Assembly: GCA_037442805.1 (NCBI GenBank)
Contig: JBBIPO010000006.1
Coordinates: 1 to 50,311 of the forward strand
Direction: 5' to 3'
From: Deltaproteobacteria bacterium
Lineage (GTDB): Bacteria > Myxococcota_A > UBA9042 > DTJE01
Length of the DNA stretch: 50,311 nucleotides
The position numbers were made by a program, and so were the translations under genes. A model generated the notes under the pieces. It ran no database searches and was not told the DNA's origin. It was given only the letters and a program-made list of their open reading frames with translations. This document shows positions 15,460 to 24,376 of the stretch, piece by piece. Within the stretch, counting starts at the first letter, position 1. Every line of letters starts with the position of its first letter.

Positions 15460-17660
15460 GTCGCCCTCTCGACGTGGACGAAGTTCACGTTCATCCCGGT
15501 GCCGCCCATGATCGGGTCCGTCTCGTAGCGCGTCATCAGGCGGGCATCGCTCGCCCCCCGGCCTCGCGCGAACGTGAGCCCAGGTGCGTCGTGCCCGTAT
15601 CCGTGGACCAGATAGACGCAGTCCGGTCGAATGCGCTGGGTCGCCTTCAGCGGCACGGGCTCGGATCGAACGCCGTCCTGGTTGACCAGCACAACGAGCT
15701 CTCCGTTCTTCAGCCCCTGCTCGGCGGCCGCGCCCGCGTTCATCCAGACCTCGTTGCCGGCCACCACCTCGGACAGGAAGCGGTTGTTCGTGGTCCGGCC
15801 GAAGGTGTGCACCGGGGTGCGGCCGATCAACAGGCGGTAGTGCCCGGGCGGGGGTTCCCTGGGCGGCCGGTACACCGGGATCGGGTCGAACCCGGCTTCC
15901 TTCAGGCGTTCCGAGTAGAGTTCGATCTTCCCGCTCGGCGTGTCGAACAGGGGTTCCAGGCCGTCCTCGATGAAGGCGGGCGTGGGCTTCCCGAGCGCGA
16001 CGCCGGTCTTTCGCAGCTCGTCGCAATCGAGGCCCGCGGCCTTGACCCGGTGCATCGCGTACTCGACGCTGTCCTTCCACGGGAAGTAGTCGTCCAGCCC
16101 GATCCGATGCGCGATCTCGCGCGCGATCCACCAGCCGGGCTTCGAGTCGTACATCGGCTCGACCACGGGCTGGCGCACCGCCACGAACGGCTGCTGGTAG
16201 GCCGGGGTGTCCAGTTCGTCGCAGCGTTCCAGATAGGTGGCCTCGGGGAGCACCACGTCCGCCCATCCAACGATCTCGCTCGGAAGGACATCGATCACCG
16301 CAATAAAGTCCAGGGCCTGGATGGCCCTCTTGACCATCTCCTGGTCCGGCAGGGCCTGCAAGAGGTTCGTCCCATACACGATCCAGCCCTTCAGGTCGTA
16401 GGCCGCGTTCCCCGGGATGCTCGCGAGGCACAGGCCCTGGGCCAGCACCTCGTCCGCCAGGGGATAGACCGTCCCCTTCGGCATGTCGGGCGGCGGTTTG
16501 GGCTTGTACTTGTATTTCGTGTAAGGATATTTCGGAAGTTCCATCGCCGAGGGCAACGCGAATCCGCCCTTCCTCCCCCACGACCCGAGCAGGGCGTTCA
16601 GGATGGCGATGGCCCGCGACCGCTGGGTGTCGTCCCCGTACCAGGTCACGCGGCGACCCGGGTGGACCAGGGCACGGGGCCTCCCACCGGCCAACAGCCG
16701 AGCCGTTTCCACGATCCGGTCCGGTGGGATGGTCGTGTGGGTCCAGGCCCATTCCGGGGTCTTCTCCGCCACGTGCTCCTTCAGGCGGTCAAAGCCGACC
16801 GCGTATTTCTCGATGTACTCGCGGTCGTACAGGCCCTCCGCGATGATCACGTGCATCCACGCGAGCAGGAGCGCGATATCCGTTCCCGGCTTGATGGGAA
16901 GCCAGTGGCGCGCCTTGCCCGCCGCGACGGAAAACCGCGGGTCCACCACGATCAGGTCCGCGCCCCGGTGGAGGGCCCGCGCCAGGTCCTGGACCTGGGT
17001 GTTGTGCATGTTCTCACCCAGGTGCGACCCGATCAGGGCGATGACCCGCGAGTTCTCCATGTCCGTAGCTTCCGGCGAGCCCACCCCGCGGCCGAAGGTC
17101 AGGTAGAAACCGACCTCCCGCGGTCCCCGACACTGCGCGTACGACGGGGCGGCAATCGCATCGGACCCGTAGGCGTGCAGCAGGTGCTTGAACCAGGAAC
17201 CACCCCACCCGTGGCTATAGAGCGCCAGCGCCTCGGGGCCGTAGCGTTCCCGGATGCGCAACATCTGCTCGGCCACGTAGTCCAAAGCCGCGTCCCACGA
17301 GACCTCCTCGAACTCCTGACCCCCGCGCCGCGAGCGCCGGATCATCGGGCGTTTCAGCCGGTCCGGGTCGTACAGGAGGCCGATCCCCCCGGTCCCGCGC
17401 GGGCACAGGTGGCCCCGAGACAGCGGATGGGCCGGGTTGCCCGTGATCTTCGTGACCCGGCCGTCGCGCACGTGGGCCAGGACCCCGCACTTCCAGAAGC
17501 ACAACTCGCAAAACGTCGGGACGACCCGTTCCCCGTCCGTGCCCGGGTCCGAAACCGGGTCGTCGTCCAGCCCGTACCATCGCGTCAGGAGTCCGCCTCC
17601 CACGGCGGCGGCGCCGACGGCGGCCCCGCCGACCTTGATGAACTCGCGTCGTGTCCACAT
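15456..17660 (-). CDS. Tat-exported molybdopterin (bis-MGD) oxidoreductase catalytic subunit, polysulfide/thiosulfate/tetrathionate-reductase-like (PsrA/PhsA family)
   Basis: N-terminal twin-arginine signal MWTRREFIKVGGAAVGAAAV. FS0 4Fe-4S motif CELCFWKCGV..HLCPRG. The 734-aa length and overall MopB-superfamily pattern fit, and 4Fe-4S and NrfD subunit genes follow. Substrate cannot be assigned from sequence alone. Confidence 0.85.
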   Translation of the reverse strand: MWTRREFIKVGGAAVGAAAVGGGLLTRWYGLDDDPVSDPGTDGERVVPTFCELCFWKCGVLAHVRDGRVTKITGNPAHPLSRGHLCPRGTGGIGLLYDPDRLKRPMIRRSRRGGQEFEEVSWDAALDYVAEQMLRIRERYGPEALALYSHGWGGSWFKHLLHAYGSDAIAAPSYAQCRGPREVGFYLTFGRGVGSPEATDMENSRVIALIGSHLGENMHNTQVQDLARALHRGADLIVVDPRFSVAAGKARHWLPIKPGTDIALLLAWMHVIIAEGLYDREYIEKYAVGFDRLKEHVAEKTPEWAWTHTTIPPDRIVETARLLAGGRPRALVHPGRRVTWYGDDTQRSRAIAILNALLGSWGRKGGFALPSAMELPKYPYTKYKYKPKPPPDMPKGTVYPLADEVLAQGLCLASIPGNAAYDLKGWIVYGTNLLQALPDQEMVKRAIQALDFIAVIDVLPSEIVGWADVVLPEATYLERCDELDTPAYQQPFVAVRQPVVEPMYDSKPGWWIAREIAHRIGLDDYFPWKDSVEYAMHRVKAAGLDCDELRKTGVALGKPTPAFIEDGLEPLFDTPSGKIELYSERLKEAGFDPIPVYRPPREPPPGHYRLLIGRTPVHTFGRTTNNRFLSEVVAGNEVWMNAGAAAEQGLKNGELVVLVNQDGVRSEPVPLKATQRIRPDCVYLVHGYGHDAPGLTFARGRGASDARLMTRYETDPIMGGTGMNVNFVHVERAT

Positions 17661-17661
17661 G

Positions 17662-18036
17662 TCACGTCACCTCGTGGGGTGGGGAAGGATCGGAGGCATG
17701 TTGCGTGCCGGCCATCGCCCTCGAGGTCGCCTCGCAACACCGCGTCAGGCAGTCCAGGAGCGCGATGGTTTCGGGGACGACCAGGGAGTAGTAGCGGTAC
17801 CCGTGGCTCGGCCGGACGCGGATCTGTCCCCCGAGCCGCAGCCTCGCGAGTTGCTGCGAGACCACGGCCTGCGGGAGCCCGAGTTCGCGGGCCAGGTCGC
17901 AGACGGTCACCTCGCCCCGAATGGCGAGGCAGGCCATGATTCGCAGACGGATCGGATGTCCGAGCGCCTTCAGGGCCTCCGCCATCCGCGCGACCTTGTG
18001 CGGGTCCTTGAGCACTTCGTTCATCGTCGGCGCCAC
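17662..18036 (-). CDS. ArsR/SmtB-family winged-helix transcriptional regulator
   Basis: GTG at 18036 has GGAGGA 6 nt upstream. Sequence ..ALGHPIRLRIMACLAIRGEVTVCDLARELGLPQAVVSQQLARLRLGG.. is the canonical ArsR HTH. The stop lies 1 nt before the oxidoreductase start. Confidence 0.85.
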   Translation of the reverse strand: MAPTMNEVLKDPHKVARMAEALKALGHPIRLRIMACLAIRGEVTVCDLARELGLPQAVVSQQLARLRLGGQIRVRPSHGYRYYSLVVPETIALLDCLTRCCEATSRAMAGTQHASDPSPPHEVT

Positions 18037-18065
18037 GCCCGTCCTCCACCGCAGCGGCCAGAGAT

Positions 18066-18094
18066 ATAGTAAAATCTAGATATCCTGATGTAAA
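18066..18094 (-). promoter_or_regulatory. Putative sigma-70 promoter of the arsR-psr operon: TTTACA-N17-TACTAT on the minus strand
   Basis: On the plus strand, tgtaaa at 18089-18094 is the -35 and atagta at 18066-18071 is the -10, with an exact 17-nt spacer. It lies in the only AT-rich stretch of the 18037-18248 divergent intergenic region, about 30 nt upstream of the GTG. The 8-bp palindrome ATCTAGAT lies in the spacer. Confidence 0.5.
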
Positions 18095-18251
18095 GGGAAA
18101 ACATTGACGAACATCAGGAAACACGGGCATCCGCATCGGGGCTCGAAATCGGGGATCTGAACCCCGCTGAAACGTTACTGGAATGAAACGCCCGCCCGTG
18201 CGTCGGTGGTATCATGACGGGTGCCCGTGACAACCAGAGCAGGAGCAAGTG

Positions 18252-19361
18252 ATGAAACGAACGGCGCGATGGTTCCTGGTGGGAACGCTGGCGACACTCT
18301 TCTCGGGGCCGGCATCCGCGGACCCGTTGACCCCCTTCCAGGGCCCGTTCGAGCCGGTCCGCGTCGAGGACGTGCAACCGCACTTCGAGCGCGCGGAATG
18401 CCGCTCGAACGAGTTCTACTCCGAATGGTGGTCCTTTGTCTTCGTCCTCGAAGACGGATACGGGGCTTACGCGCAGTTCGTCGTGACCAATCTCGGGCCT
18501 GGGGACGGCAAAGGGGCGGTGCGGGCGGACCTCGACCTTCCAGAGGGCATCGAGTTCCGCGAGAGCGACGACTTCGGGCCCGACCAGTGGTCGGCCGCGA
18601 AGGACCGCTTCGAGCTGCGCTTCGGCGAGAACTCGGTGTCGGGTCCCCTGGACGGGCTCGTGTTGCGCCTGAAGAACCAATCATTTGAAGCGGAATATCG
18701 TCTGAAGAATGTATTTCCGCCCTGGAAACCGGGTCGGGGTCGCGTGCAGTACGGGGAGTCGGCGACCAGATACTACGAGATACAACTGCTCGCCCCCGTC
18801 GCCCGGGTGGAGGGGACGGTTCGCGTCGTCGGCGAGGAGGAGCCCCGCCACGTCAAGGGCCTGATGTACGTGGACCATTCCGTCTCGACCATCGGGATGC
18901 ACGAGCAGGCGAAGCGTTGGGTCCGCTTCCGGGCGGTCCACCCGGACACCGCCTTCTTCCTGACCCACATCCAGCCACCGGACCAGTACGGGAACCAGGC
19001 CGCCCGGTACGTGGTCCTCTTCCACGACGGCCGGGCGGTGTTTCAGTCGCTCGACTTCGACTTGAGGTTCGGGGATGTCCGGCCGGACTCCGAGAAGGCG
19101 GGCTACGCCTCACCGTGGGTGGTCGAGGCGAGTGGGACCGGGTCGGGACGCTTCCGGGCTGCCATCAAGGCCACCAAGATGACGAGTCGCGAGGACTATC
19201 TCGAGACGATGGGGGCCGCCAAGCGGTTCATCCTGTCGAAGTTCGCCAAGCCGATCATGTACTACTTTGACGCCACGTTCGCGGCCGAGGTCACGGGGGA
19301 GGCGGGAACGGGCAAGTACGGAGGCAAGGGACGCTACTACTACACCATCGTCAATCCGTAG
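18252..19361 (+). CDS. Secreted protein of unknown function (about 369 aa) with a signal peptide
   Basis: ATG at 18252 (an in-frame GTG at 18249 is also possible) has AGGAG 6 nt upstream. Signal peptide is MKRTARWFLVGTLATLFSGPASA. Composition is non-repetitive and looks like a real protein. I recognise no family with confidence; an AttH/Svf1-like lipocalin fold is only a guess. Confidence 0.6.
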   Translation: MKRTARWFLVGTLATLFSGPASADPLTPFQGPFEPVRVEDVQPHFERAECRSNEFYSEWWSFVFVLEDGYGAYAQFVVTNLGPGDGKGAVRADLDLPEGIEFRESDDFGPDQWSAAKDRFELRFGENSVSGPLDGLVLRLKNQSFEAEYRLKNVFPPWKPGRGRVQYGESATRYYEIQLLAPVARVEGTVRVVGEEEPRHVKGLMYVDHSVSTIGMHEQAKRWVRFRAVHPDTAFFLTHIQPPDQYGNQAARYVVLFHDGRAVFQSLDFDLRFGDVRPDSEKAGYASPWVVEASGTGSGRFRAAIKATKMTSREDYLETMGAAKRFILSKFAKPIMYYFDATFAAEVTGEAGTGKYGGKGRYYYTIVNP

Positions 19362-19373
19362 GAGGACGAGGCG

Positions 19374-21026
19374 ATGCAGCCAGTCGAGTTGATCACGGGT
19401 CCCGCGCGGCGATGCAAGGGCTGGGGACAGGAGGCCGCGCTGCGGATGCTCCACCACAACGTCCAGCCGGACGTGGCCGAAAAGCCCGAGGAACTGGTCG
19501 TCTATGGGGGTTCGGGAAAGGCGGCCCGGAATTGGGACTGCTTCCACCGGATCGAACGCGCCCTGCTGGACCTGGACAACGACGAGACGCTCCTGGTCCA
19601 GTCCGGCAAGGCCGTGGGGGTCCTGCGCAGCCACGAGGACGCCCCGCGCGTCCTGATCGCGAACTCCAACATGGTTCCGGCCTACGCCACGTGGGAGAAG
19701 TTCCGGGAACTCGAGCGCCTGGGCCTGATCATGTTCGGGCAGATGACCGCGGGGTCGTGGATCTACATCGGGACCCAGGGCATCCTGCAAGGCACCTACG
19801 AGACGTTCGTGGCCGCGGGTCGCAAGCACTTCGGGACCGGGAGCCTGGCGGGGCGGTTCGTGCTGAGCGCGGGCCTGGGCGGGATGGGTGGGGCGCAGCC
19901 GCTCGCCGTGACCATGGCGGGCGGGGCCTTCCTCGGCATCGAGGTGGACCGCCGGCGGATCGAACGGCGTCTCGCGACGCGCTACCTCGACGAGTGGACG
20001 GACGACCTCGACGACGCCCTGGACCGGGTCCAGCGGGCTGCGCGGGAGCATCATCCCCTCTCCGTGGGGCTCCTGGGGAACGCCGCGACCCTCTATCCCG
20101 AGATCCTCCGGCGGGGCGTGGTGCCCGACCTGGTCACGGACCAGACCTCGGCCCACGACCTCCTCAACGGCTACGTCCCGGACCAGGTCCCATACGACGA
20201 GGCGCTGCGCCTGCGCCGGGAAGACCCGGGACGCTACGAGGCCCTGGCGACCGACGCGGTCGTGCGCCACGTCGAGGCCATGCTCGGCTTCCAGCGAGCG
20301 GGTGCGCACGTCTTCGATTACGGGAACAACATCCGCACCCAGGCCCTGCGCGCGGGGTTGCGGGACGCGATGGCCTTCCCCGGATTCGTCCCCGCCTACA
20401 TCCGCCCCCTGTTCTGCGAGGGCCGCGGCCCGTTCCGGTGGGTCGCGCTGTCCGGGGACCCGGCGGACATCGCCGCCACGGACGATGCGGTGCTGAGGCT
20501 CTTTCCCGACGACGAGGGGTTGGTCCGCTGGATCCGTATGGCGCGCAAGCGCGTCGCGTTCCAGGGGCTCCCCTCGCGCATCTGCTGGCTCGGTTACGGC
20601 GAGCGCGACCGCGCCGGGCTTGCCTTCAACGACCTGGTGCGGTCCGGCCGAGTCCGCGCCCCGATCGTCATCGGCCGGGACCACCTGGACGCGGGGTCCG
20701 TGGCCTCCCCGCACCGTGAGACCGAGGCGATGAAGGACGGCTCGGACGTGATCGCGGACTGGCCGCTCCTGAACGCCCTGATCAACGCCGTCAATGGGGC
20801 GACGTGGGTCTCCATCCACCACGGCGGCGGCGTCGGGATCGGGTACGCCGTCCATGCGGGGGTGGTCATCATCGCGGACGGGACGGACGCGCAGGCCCGG
20901 AGGTTGGAGCGCGTGCTCCGCAGCGACCCGGCCACCGGGGTCCTGCGACACGCGGACGCGGGATACGACGAGGCGATCGCGGCGGCCCGCCGCCACGGCC
21001 TGAAGATCCCGCATCTCGACGGGTGA
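19374..21026 (+). CDS. hutU: Urocanate hydratase
   Basis: 550 aa, with GGAGGA upstream of the ATG. Strongly conserved urocanase blocks are present: ..[14 protein letters not shown].., ..[13 protein letters not shown].., ..[24 protein letters not shown].., ..[12 protein letters not shown].., ..[12 protein letters not shown]... Confidence 0.95.
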   Translation: MQPVELITGPARRCKGWGQEAALRMLHHNVQPDVAEKPEELVVYGGSGKAARNWDCFHRIERALLDLDNDETLLVQSGKAVGVLRSHEDAPRVLIANSNMVPAYATWEKFRELERLGLIMFGQMTAGSWIYIGTQGILQGTYETFVAAGRKHFGTGSLAGRFVLSAGLGGMGGAQPLAVTMAGGAFLGIEVDRRRIERRLATRYLDEWTDDLDDALDRVQRAAREHHPLSVGLLGNAATLYPEILRRGVVPDLVTDQTSAHDLLNGYVPDQVPYDEALRLRREDPGRYEALATDAVVRHVEAMLGFQRAGAHVFDYGNNIRTQALRAGLRDAMAFPGFVPAYIRPLFCEGRGPFRWVALSGDPADIAATDDAVLRLFPDDEGLVRWIRMARKRVAFQGLPSRICWLGYGERDRAGLAFNDLVRSGRVRAPIVIGRDHLDAGSVASPHRETEAMKDGSDVIADWPLLNALINAVNGATWVSIHHGGGVGIGYAVHAGVVIIADGTDAQARRLERVLRSDPATGVLRHADAGYDEAIAAARRHGLKIPHLDG

Positions 21027-21032
21027 GCGGCC

Positions 21033-21923
21033 CTATCGGAGCCTTGGTCCCGGGTGATCGTCCCCGGCGAAGGAATCCGCGAGCGCCGGGGGTCTCGCGC
21101 GGGTCAGGAGCACACCTGCGTATCCGACCACGCTGGACTCGTCGCCGTTCACGTCCGCGCTCGTCGCGTACCCGACGACCTCGCCGCGACATGCCCCGAG
21201 CCGGCGTGCCGCGACGACCGCCACGACCGCGGGCACGAAGCCGCACATCGAGATGTGGTGCGTGACGACCGCCTGGTACAGCCCCTTCGCGTCGAGGTCC
21301 TGAAGGCGGTCCAGGACCATCCGGTCCTTGCGCGCGGCCACGGCCTGGGGCTCGTGGTGATTCAGGTCGGAGCTCGCCACGATCAGGACCGGATCCCCCA
21401 CCTCGCCCAGGGCGGTCGCGAGCGACTCGCCAAGGTTCTGGCACGCGGAGTACGCCATCGTGCGCAGGCAGATCGGGACGATCCGCGCGGCAGGGTTTCT
21501 GACCCGCAGGAAGGGCAAGTGGACTTCGACCGCGTGTTCTTCCACGTGCGCGAGGTCGTCCGCTGCCAGGTCGGGACAGGCACGCATCAGGGTGCGCGCC
21601 AGGTCCTGGTCCACCGGGACCAGGCCGAGGGGCGTCTCCCACGGGGAGTCCAGTCCCACCGCGGCGGGGGCCCCGAGCCCCGTGTGGTTCGGAGCGAGGA
21701 TCACGACCCGTTCCGGTACGGAAACGCGGGCATACGTGCGGCCGGCGATCCCGCCCGAATAGGCGTACCCGGCATGCGGCACCACGATGGCCACGACGTC
21801 CCCGCCCGGGGCGGTGTCTGCCGGTTCCACGCCGGACTCTCCGAGCAGCGAACGCACCCGGGCCTCGAGCGCCTCCGGCTCGTCCTCGTAGAACACACCG
21901 GCCACGACTGGCGTCCGGGGCAT
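21033..21923 (-). CDS. amrB: MEMO1-family protein (AmmeMemoRadiSam system protein B-like)
   Basis: N-terminal ..PVVAGVFYEDEPEAL.. and ..VVPHAGYAYSGGIAGRTYA.., ..VVILAPNHTG.., ..ASSDLNHHE.. are Memo-family signatures. Length is 296 aa. Confidence 0.85.
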   Translation of the reverse strand: MPRTPVVAGVFYEDEPEALEARVRSLLGESGVEPADTAPGGDVVAIVVPHAGYAYSGGIAGRTYARVSVPERVVILAPNHTGLGAPAAVGLDSPWETPLGLVPVDQDLARTLMRACPDLAADDLAHVEEHAVEVHLPFLRVRNPAARIVPICLRTMAYSACQNLGESLATALGEVGDPVLIVASSDLNHHEPQAVAARKDRMVLDRLQDLDAKGLYQAVVTHHISMCGFVPAVVAVVAARRLGACRGEVVGYATSADVNGDESSVVGYAGVLLTRARPPALADSFAGDDHPGPRLR

Positions 21924-21945
21924 CGTCCAGTTTCAAGAAACATCC

Positions 21946-22036
<91 letters not shown>

Positions 22037-22081
22037 AAGGCGCAAAGATTCACGCCGGGTCCGAGACCGCCCCGGCCTCCG

Positions 22082-22169
<88 letters not shown>

Positions 22170-22194
22170 GGCGCAAGAACGTGCAAAGAACCGG

Positions 22195-22707
22195 TCACGC
22201 CCGCCGCAACCGCGCGAAGAAATCCCGCAGCAGGCGCGCGGCCTCCTCGGCCAGGACCCCGCGCGTCACGCGGCATCGGTGGTTCAGGCGGGGGTCGCCG
22301 AGCGCGCTGTACAGGCTCGTGACGGCCCCGGCCTTGGGGTCGTCGCACCCGTAGACGACCCTCGCGATCCGGGCGAGCACGATGGCCCCTGCGCATTGCA
22401 GGCACGGCTCCAGCGTGACGTAGAGCGTCGCGTCCTCGAGCCGCGTCCGGCCCACGGCCCGGGTCGCGGCCCGGATGGCGACCATCTCCGCGTGGAGCGT
22501 CGGGTCGCCCTCGGCCTCCACCCGGTTCCGCCCTCGGCCCACGACCTGACCGCCGATCACCACGACGGCCCCGACCGGGACGTCGGGCGGGTCTCCGGCG
22601 GCCGCCGCCTCCGCCTCCTCGAGGGCCACGGCCATCGCCGCCTCGTCCGTCCGATCTCCGCTGGTCCGTTCCACCCGCGTTCCCCCCCCGACTTGCCAAC
22701 GAGCCAC
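22195..22707 (-). CDS. tadA: tRNA adenosine(34) deaminase
   Basis: CDA-fold zinc motifs H-A-E-M-V-A-I and P-C-L-Q-C-A-G-A are present, together with ..VPVGAVVV..GRGRN.. and ..VVYGCDDPKAGA... The start is uncertain: GTG at 22707 is taken, but a later in-frame Met exists. Confidence 0.88.
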   Translation of the reverse strand: MARWQVGGGTRVERTSGDRTDEAAMAVALEEAEAAAAGDPPDVPVGAVVVIGGQVVGRGRNRVEAEGDPTLHAEMVAIRAATRAVGRTRLEDATLYVTLEPCLQCAGAIVLARIARVVYGCDDPKAGAVTSLYSALGDPRLNHRCRVTRGVLAEEAARLLRDFFARLRRA

Positions 22708-22727
22708 ACCCGTCAGGCGCAGGAATC

Positions 22728-23177
22728 CTAGTCGAGAGGACCTCGTGCGTCAAGGTCCCTCGCCGCTGCGCGGCGGAGGCCTGAATCCGGTGACCGACCT
22801 TTCCGGGCATCGCCCAGGGCGATCAAGAACTTCAAGGTAACGAGGCGCGGGATCGCGTGGCGCTCGAGCAGCCGGTCCGCGATCTCACCGGCGCGGACCT
22901 TGCGGCCCACCATGGCGATGATGTCGGGCATCGCGGCCTCGAGGCGGTCCGCGTACTCGACGATCTCGGCGGGCGTCAGGCGCAACTGGGCCTGCACGGC
23001 CCGATGCAGGTGCAGGTTCAGCCCGGCGAGGACCAGGACGAGCCAGCCGAGCGACACGGGGACCCCGGCCACGCGGACCGAAAACCATTCCAGCCCCACC
23101 ACATGGTCAACCACCAGGACGGCAAGACCCACGACCGCCCACAGGATGCCGAACTGGAGGTACTTGTTCCGGCCCAC
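22728..23177 (-). CDS. Small membrane protein of unknown function (2 N-terminal TM helices plus a soluble C-terminal domain)
   Basis: GTG start at 23177. Hydrophobic segments are FGILWAVVGLAVLVV and VSLGWLVLVLAGLNL. Composition is plausible for a real protein and no family was recognised. Confidence 0.5.
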   Translation of the reverse strand: MGRNKYLQFGILWAVVGLAVLVVDHVVGLEWFSVRVAGVPVSLGWLVLVLAGLNLHLHRAVQAQLRLTPAEIVEYADRLEAAMPDIIAMVGRKVRAGEIADRLLERHAIPRLVTLKFLIALGDARKGRSPDSGLRRAAARDLDARGPLD

Positions 23178-23305
23178 GCATAGAATTGTCGCAAACAGAC
23201 GGGGCTTGTCGCAAGGCGGAAGTCGCCACGAGGCGAAGCCGGGTGGCGCGCTACCCCAACGGGGGCGGGTGTGCTAATCTCGCGGCGTCCTCGTGAGGAC
23301 CGGCC

Positions 23306-24196
23306 GTGAGGGGCACCGGCGGAACGGGTCGGATCGCGCGGGTGGCGCGGGTCATTCTCGTGGGGCTCGCGGCGGTGCCGCCCGGCGCGTACGCGTGGGC
23401 GCAGACCCCCGAGCCCTCCCGGACCCCGGAACAGCGCCTGCGCGAGGCCGAAAACGTTTTCCGCTTCCAGGACTACGCCGCGGCCGAGGCGGCGCTGTAT
23501 CGCCTCTTGCACCCCGAGGTCTTGCTCACGAGCCCGGATGACGTGCTCAAGGCCCGCGAGTACCTCGGGGCGTGCTACTACTGGCTCGGCAACGAGAAGC
23601 GAATGGAGGAGGAGTTCACCGCCCTCCTCATCCTGGCCCCCCATCACCGGCTCGACCCGTTCTACTACCCGGCGGACCTCATCGAGCGCCTGGACCGCCT
23701 GAGGGCGAGGCTCGCGGAACTCCACGTGATCGACCTAGAGGAAGAGGAGAAGCGCGACGACCGGAAGTCGGAATGCCTAGTTCCGAAAGAGACCGTGGTT
23801 TGGCGGTCGCGGTGGGTGTCCTTCATCCCCTTCGGGGTGGGGCAGTTCCAGAACGGGGACACGGTCAAAGGCGCCCTCTTTCTGACGGGAGAGGTGCTGG
23901 CGCTGGGGACCAACGTCGGGTCCTACGTGGCGGCGGAGCGCCTCCGGGGGGCGGACGGGTACTATTCTGCGGGGAGCGCGCGGACGGCGCGGACCCTGCG
24001 GGTGGTGCAGTACGCCTCCCTCGGGGTCCTGGCGGGTCTCGCCATCTGGGGGGTGCTCGATGCGGCCCTTCACCTGGAGCCCGAGACGCGGTCCGTCGAG
24101 ATGGTGCCGTGCCCGGCCGCGCCCGCAGGGGGAGAAGGCGCAAGGGGACCTGGACCGTGGGCGGGGGCTTCCGTGTGCATCCGGGTGGGGAGGTAG
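23306..24196 (+). CDS. Hypothetical exported/membrane protein with an N-terminal TPR-like helical region and C-terminal TM helices
   Basis: GTG at 23306. Signal-like N-terminus ..RVARVILVGLAAVPPGAYAWA. A helical region ..FRFQDYAAAEAALYRLL..AREYLGACYYWLGN.. is TPR-like. TM segments are ALFLTGEVLALGTNVGSYV and YASLGVLAGLAIWGVL. Confidence 0.55.
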   Translation: MRGTGGTGRIARVARVILVGLAAVPPGAYAWAQTPEPSRTPEQRLREAENVFRFQDYAAAEAALYRLLHPEVLLTSPDDVLKAREYLGACYYWLGNEKRMEEEFTALLILAPHHRLDPFYYPADLIERLDRLRARLAELHVIDLEEEEKRDDRKSECLVPKETVVWRSRWVSFIPFGVGQFQNGDTVKGALFLTGEVLALGTNVGSYVAAERLRGADGYYSAGSARTARTLRVVQYASLGVLAGLAIWGVLDAALHLEPETRSVEMVPCPAAPAGGEGARGPGPWAGASVCIRVGR

Positions 24197-24234
24197 GAAG
24201 AGGGGACCATGGGGAACGAGAGCCAAAGGCCCGC

Positions 24235-24330
24235 GGTGGGGATCCGGGGTCGGGGTTCCAGGGTCCGGGGTCCGGCACGGCGCCTGGGCGGACCTGGACC
24301 TGCTCGCGGAACCCGGTCACGGACACCGCC
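24235..24330 (+). repeat. Copy A of a bipartite intergenic repeat: a G-rich heptamer array (GGGGATCC/GGGGTCC-like) followed by a GGTCAC/GGACAC hexamer motif
   Basis: The sequence ggtGGGGatccGGGGtcGGGGttccaGGGtccGGGGtccggca ... ggtcacggacac shares CCGGGGTCCGGCA and GGTCACGGACAC with the elements at 48885-48990 and 50216-50311. Confidence 0.7.
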
Positions 24331-24376
24331 CCCGCCACTGCGACGGACCTGGCCCGCGATTCTTGAGAGGTGACAA

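Noticed and set aside
14855-16752. N-terminal extensions of ORFs 13871..15415 and 14851..16752
   Set aside because: The extensions run through the neighbouring genes in other frames and have junk composition. The true starts (14854 and 15459) are ATGA-coupled and give full-length NrfD and 4Fe-4S proteins.
15474-17939. 821-aa ORF antisense to the molybdopterin oxidoreductase
   Set aside because: It has no recognisable motifs and typical antisense composition, whereas the opposite strand encodes a complete Tat-signal MopB enzyme.
19110-21014. 634-aa ORF antisense to hutU, and the 435-aa off-frame plus ORF 19412..20719
   Set aside because: hutU is unambiguous, and these are compositional shadows of it.
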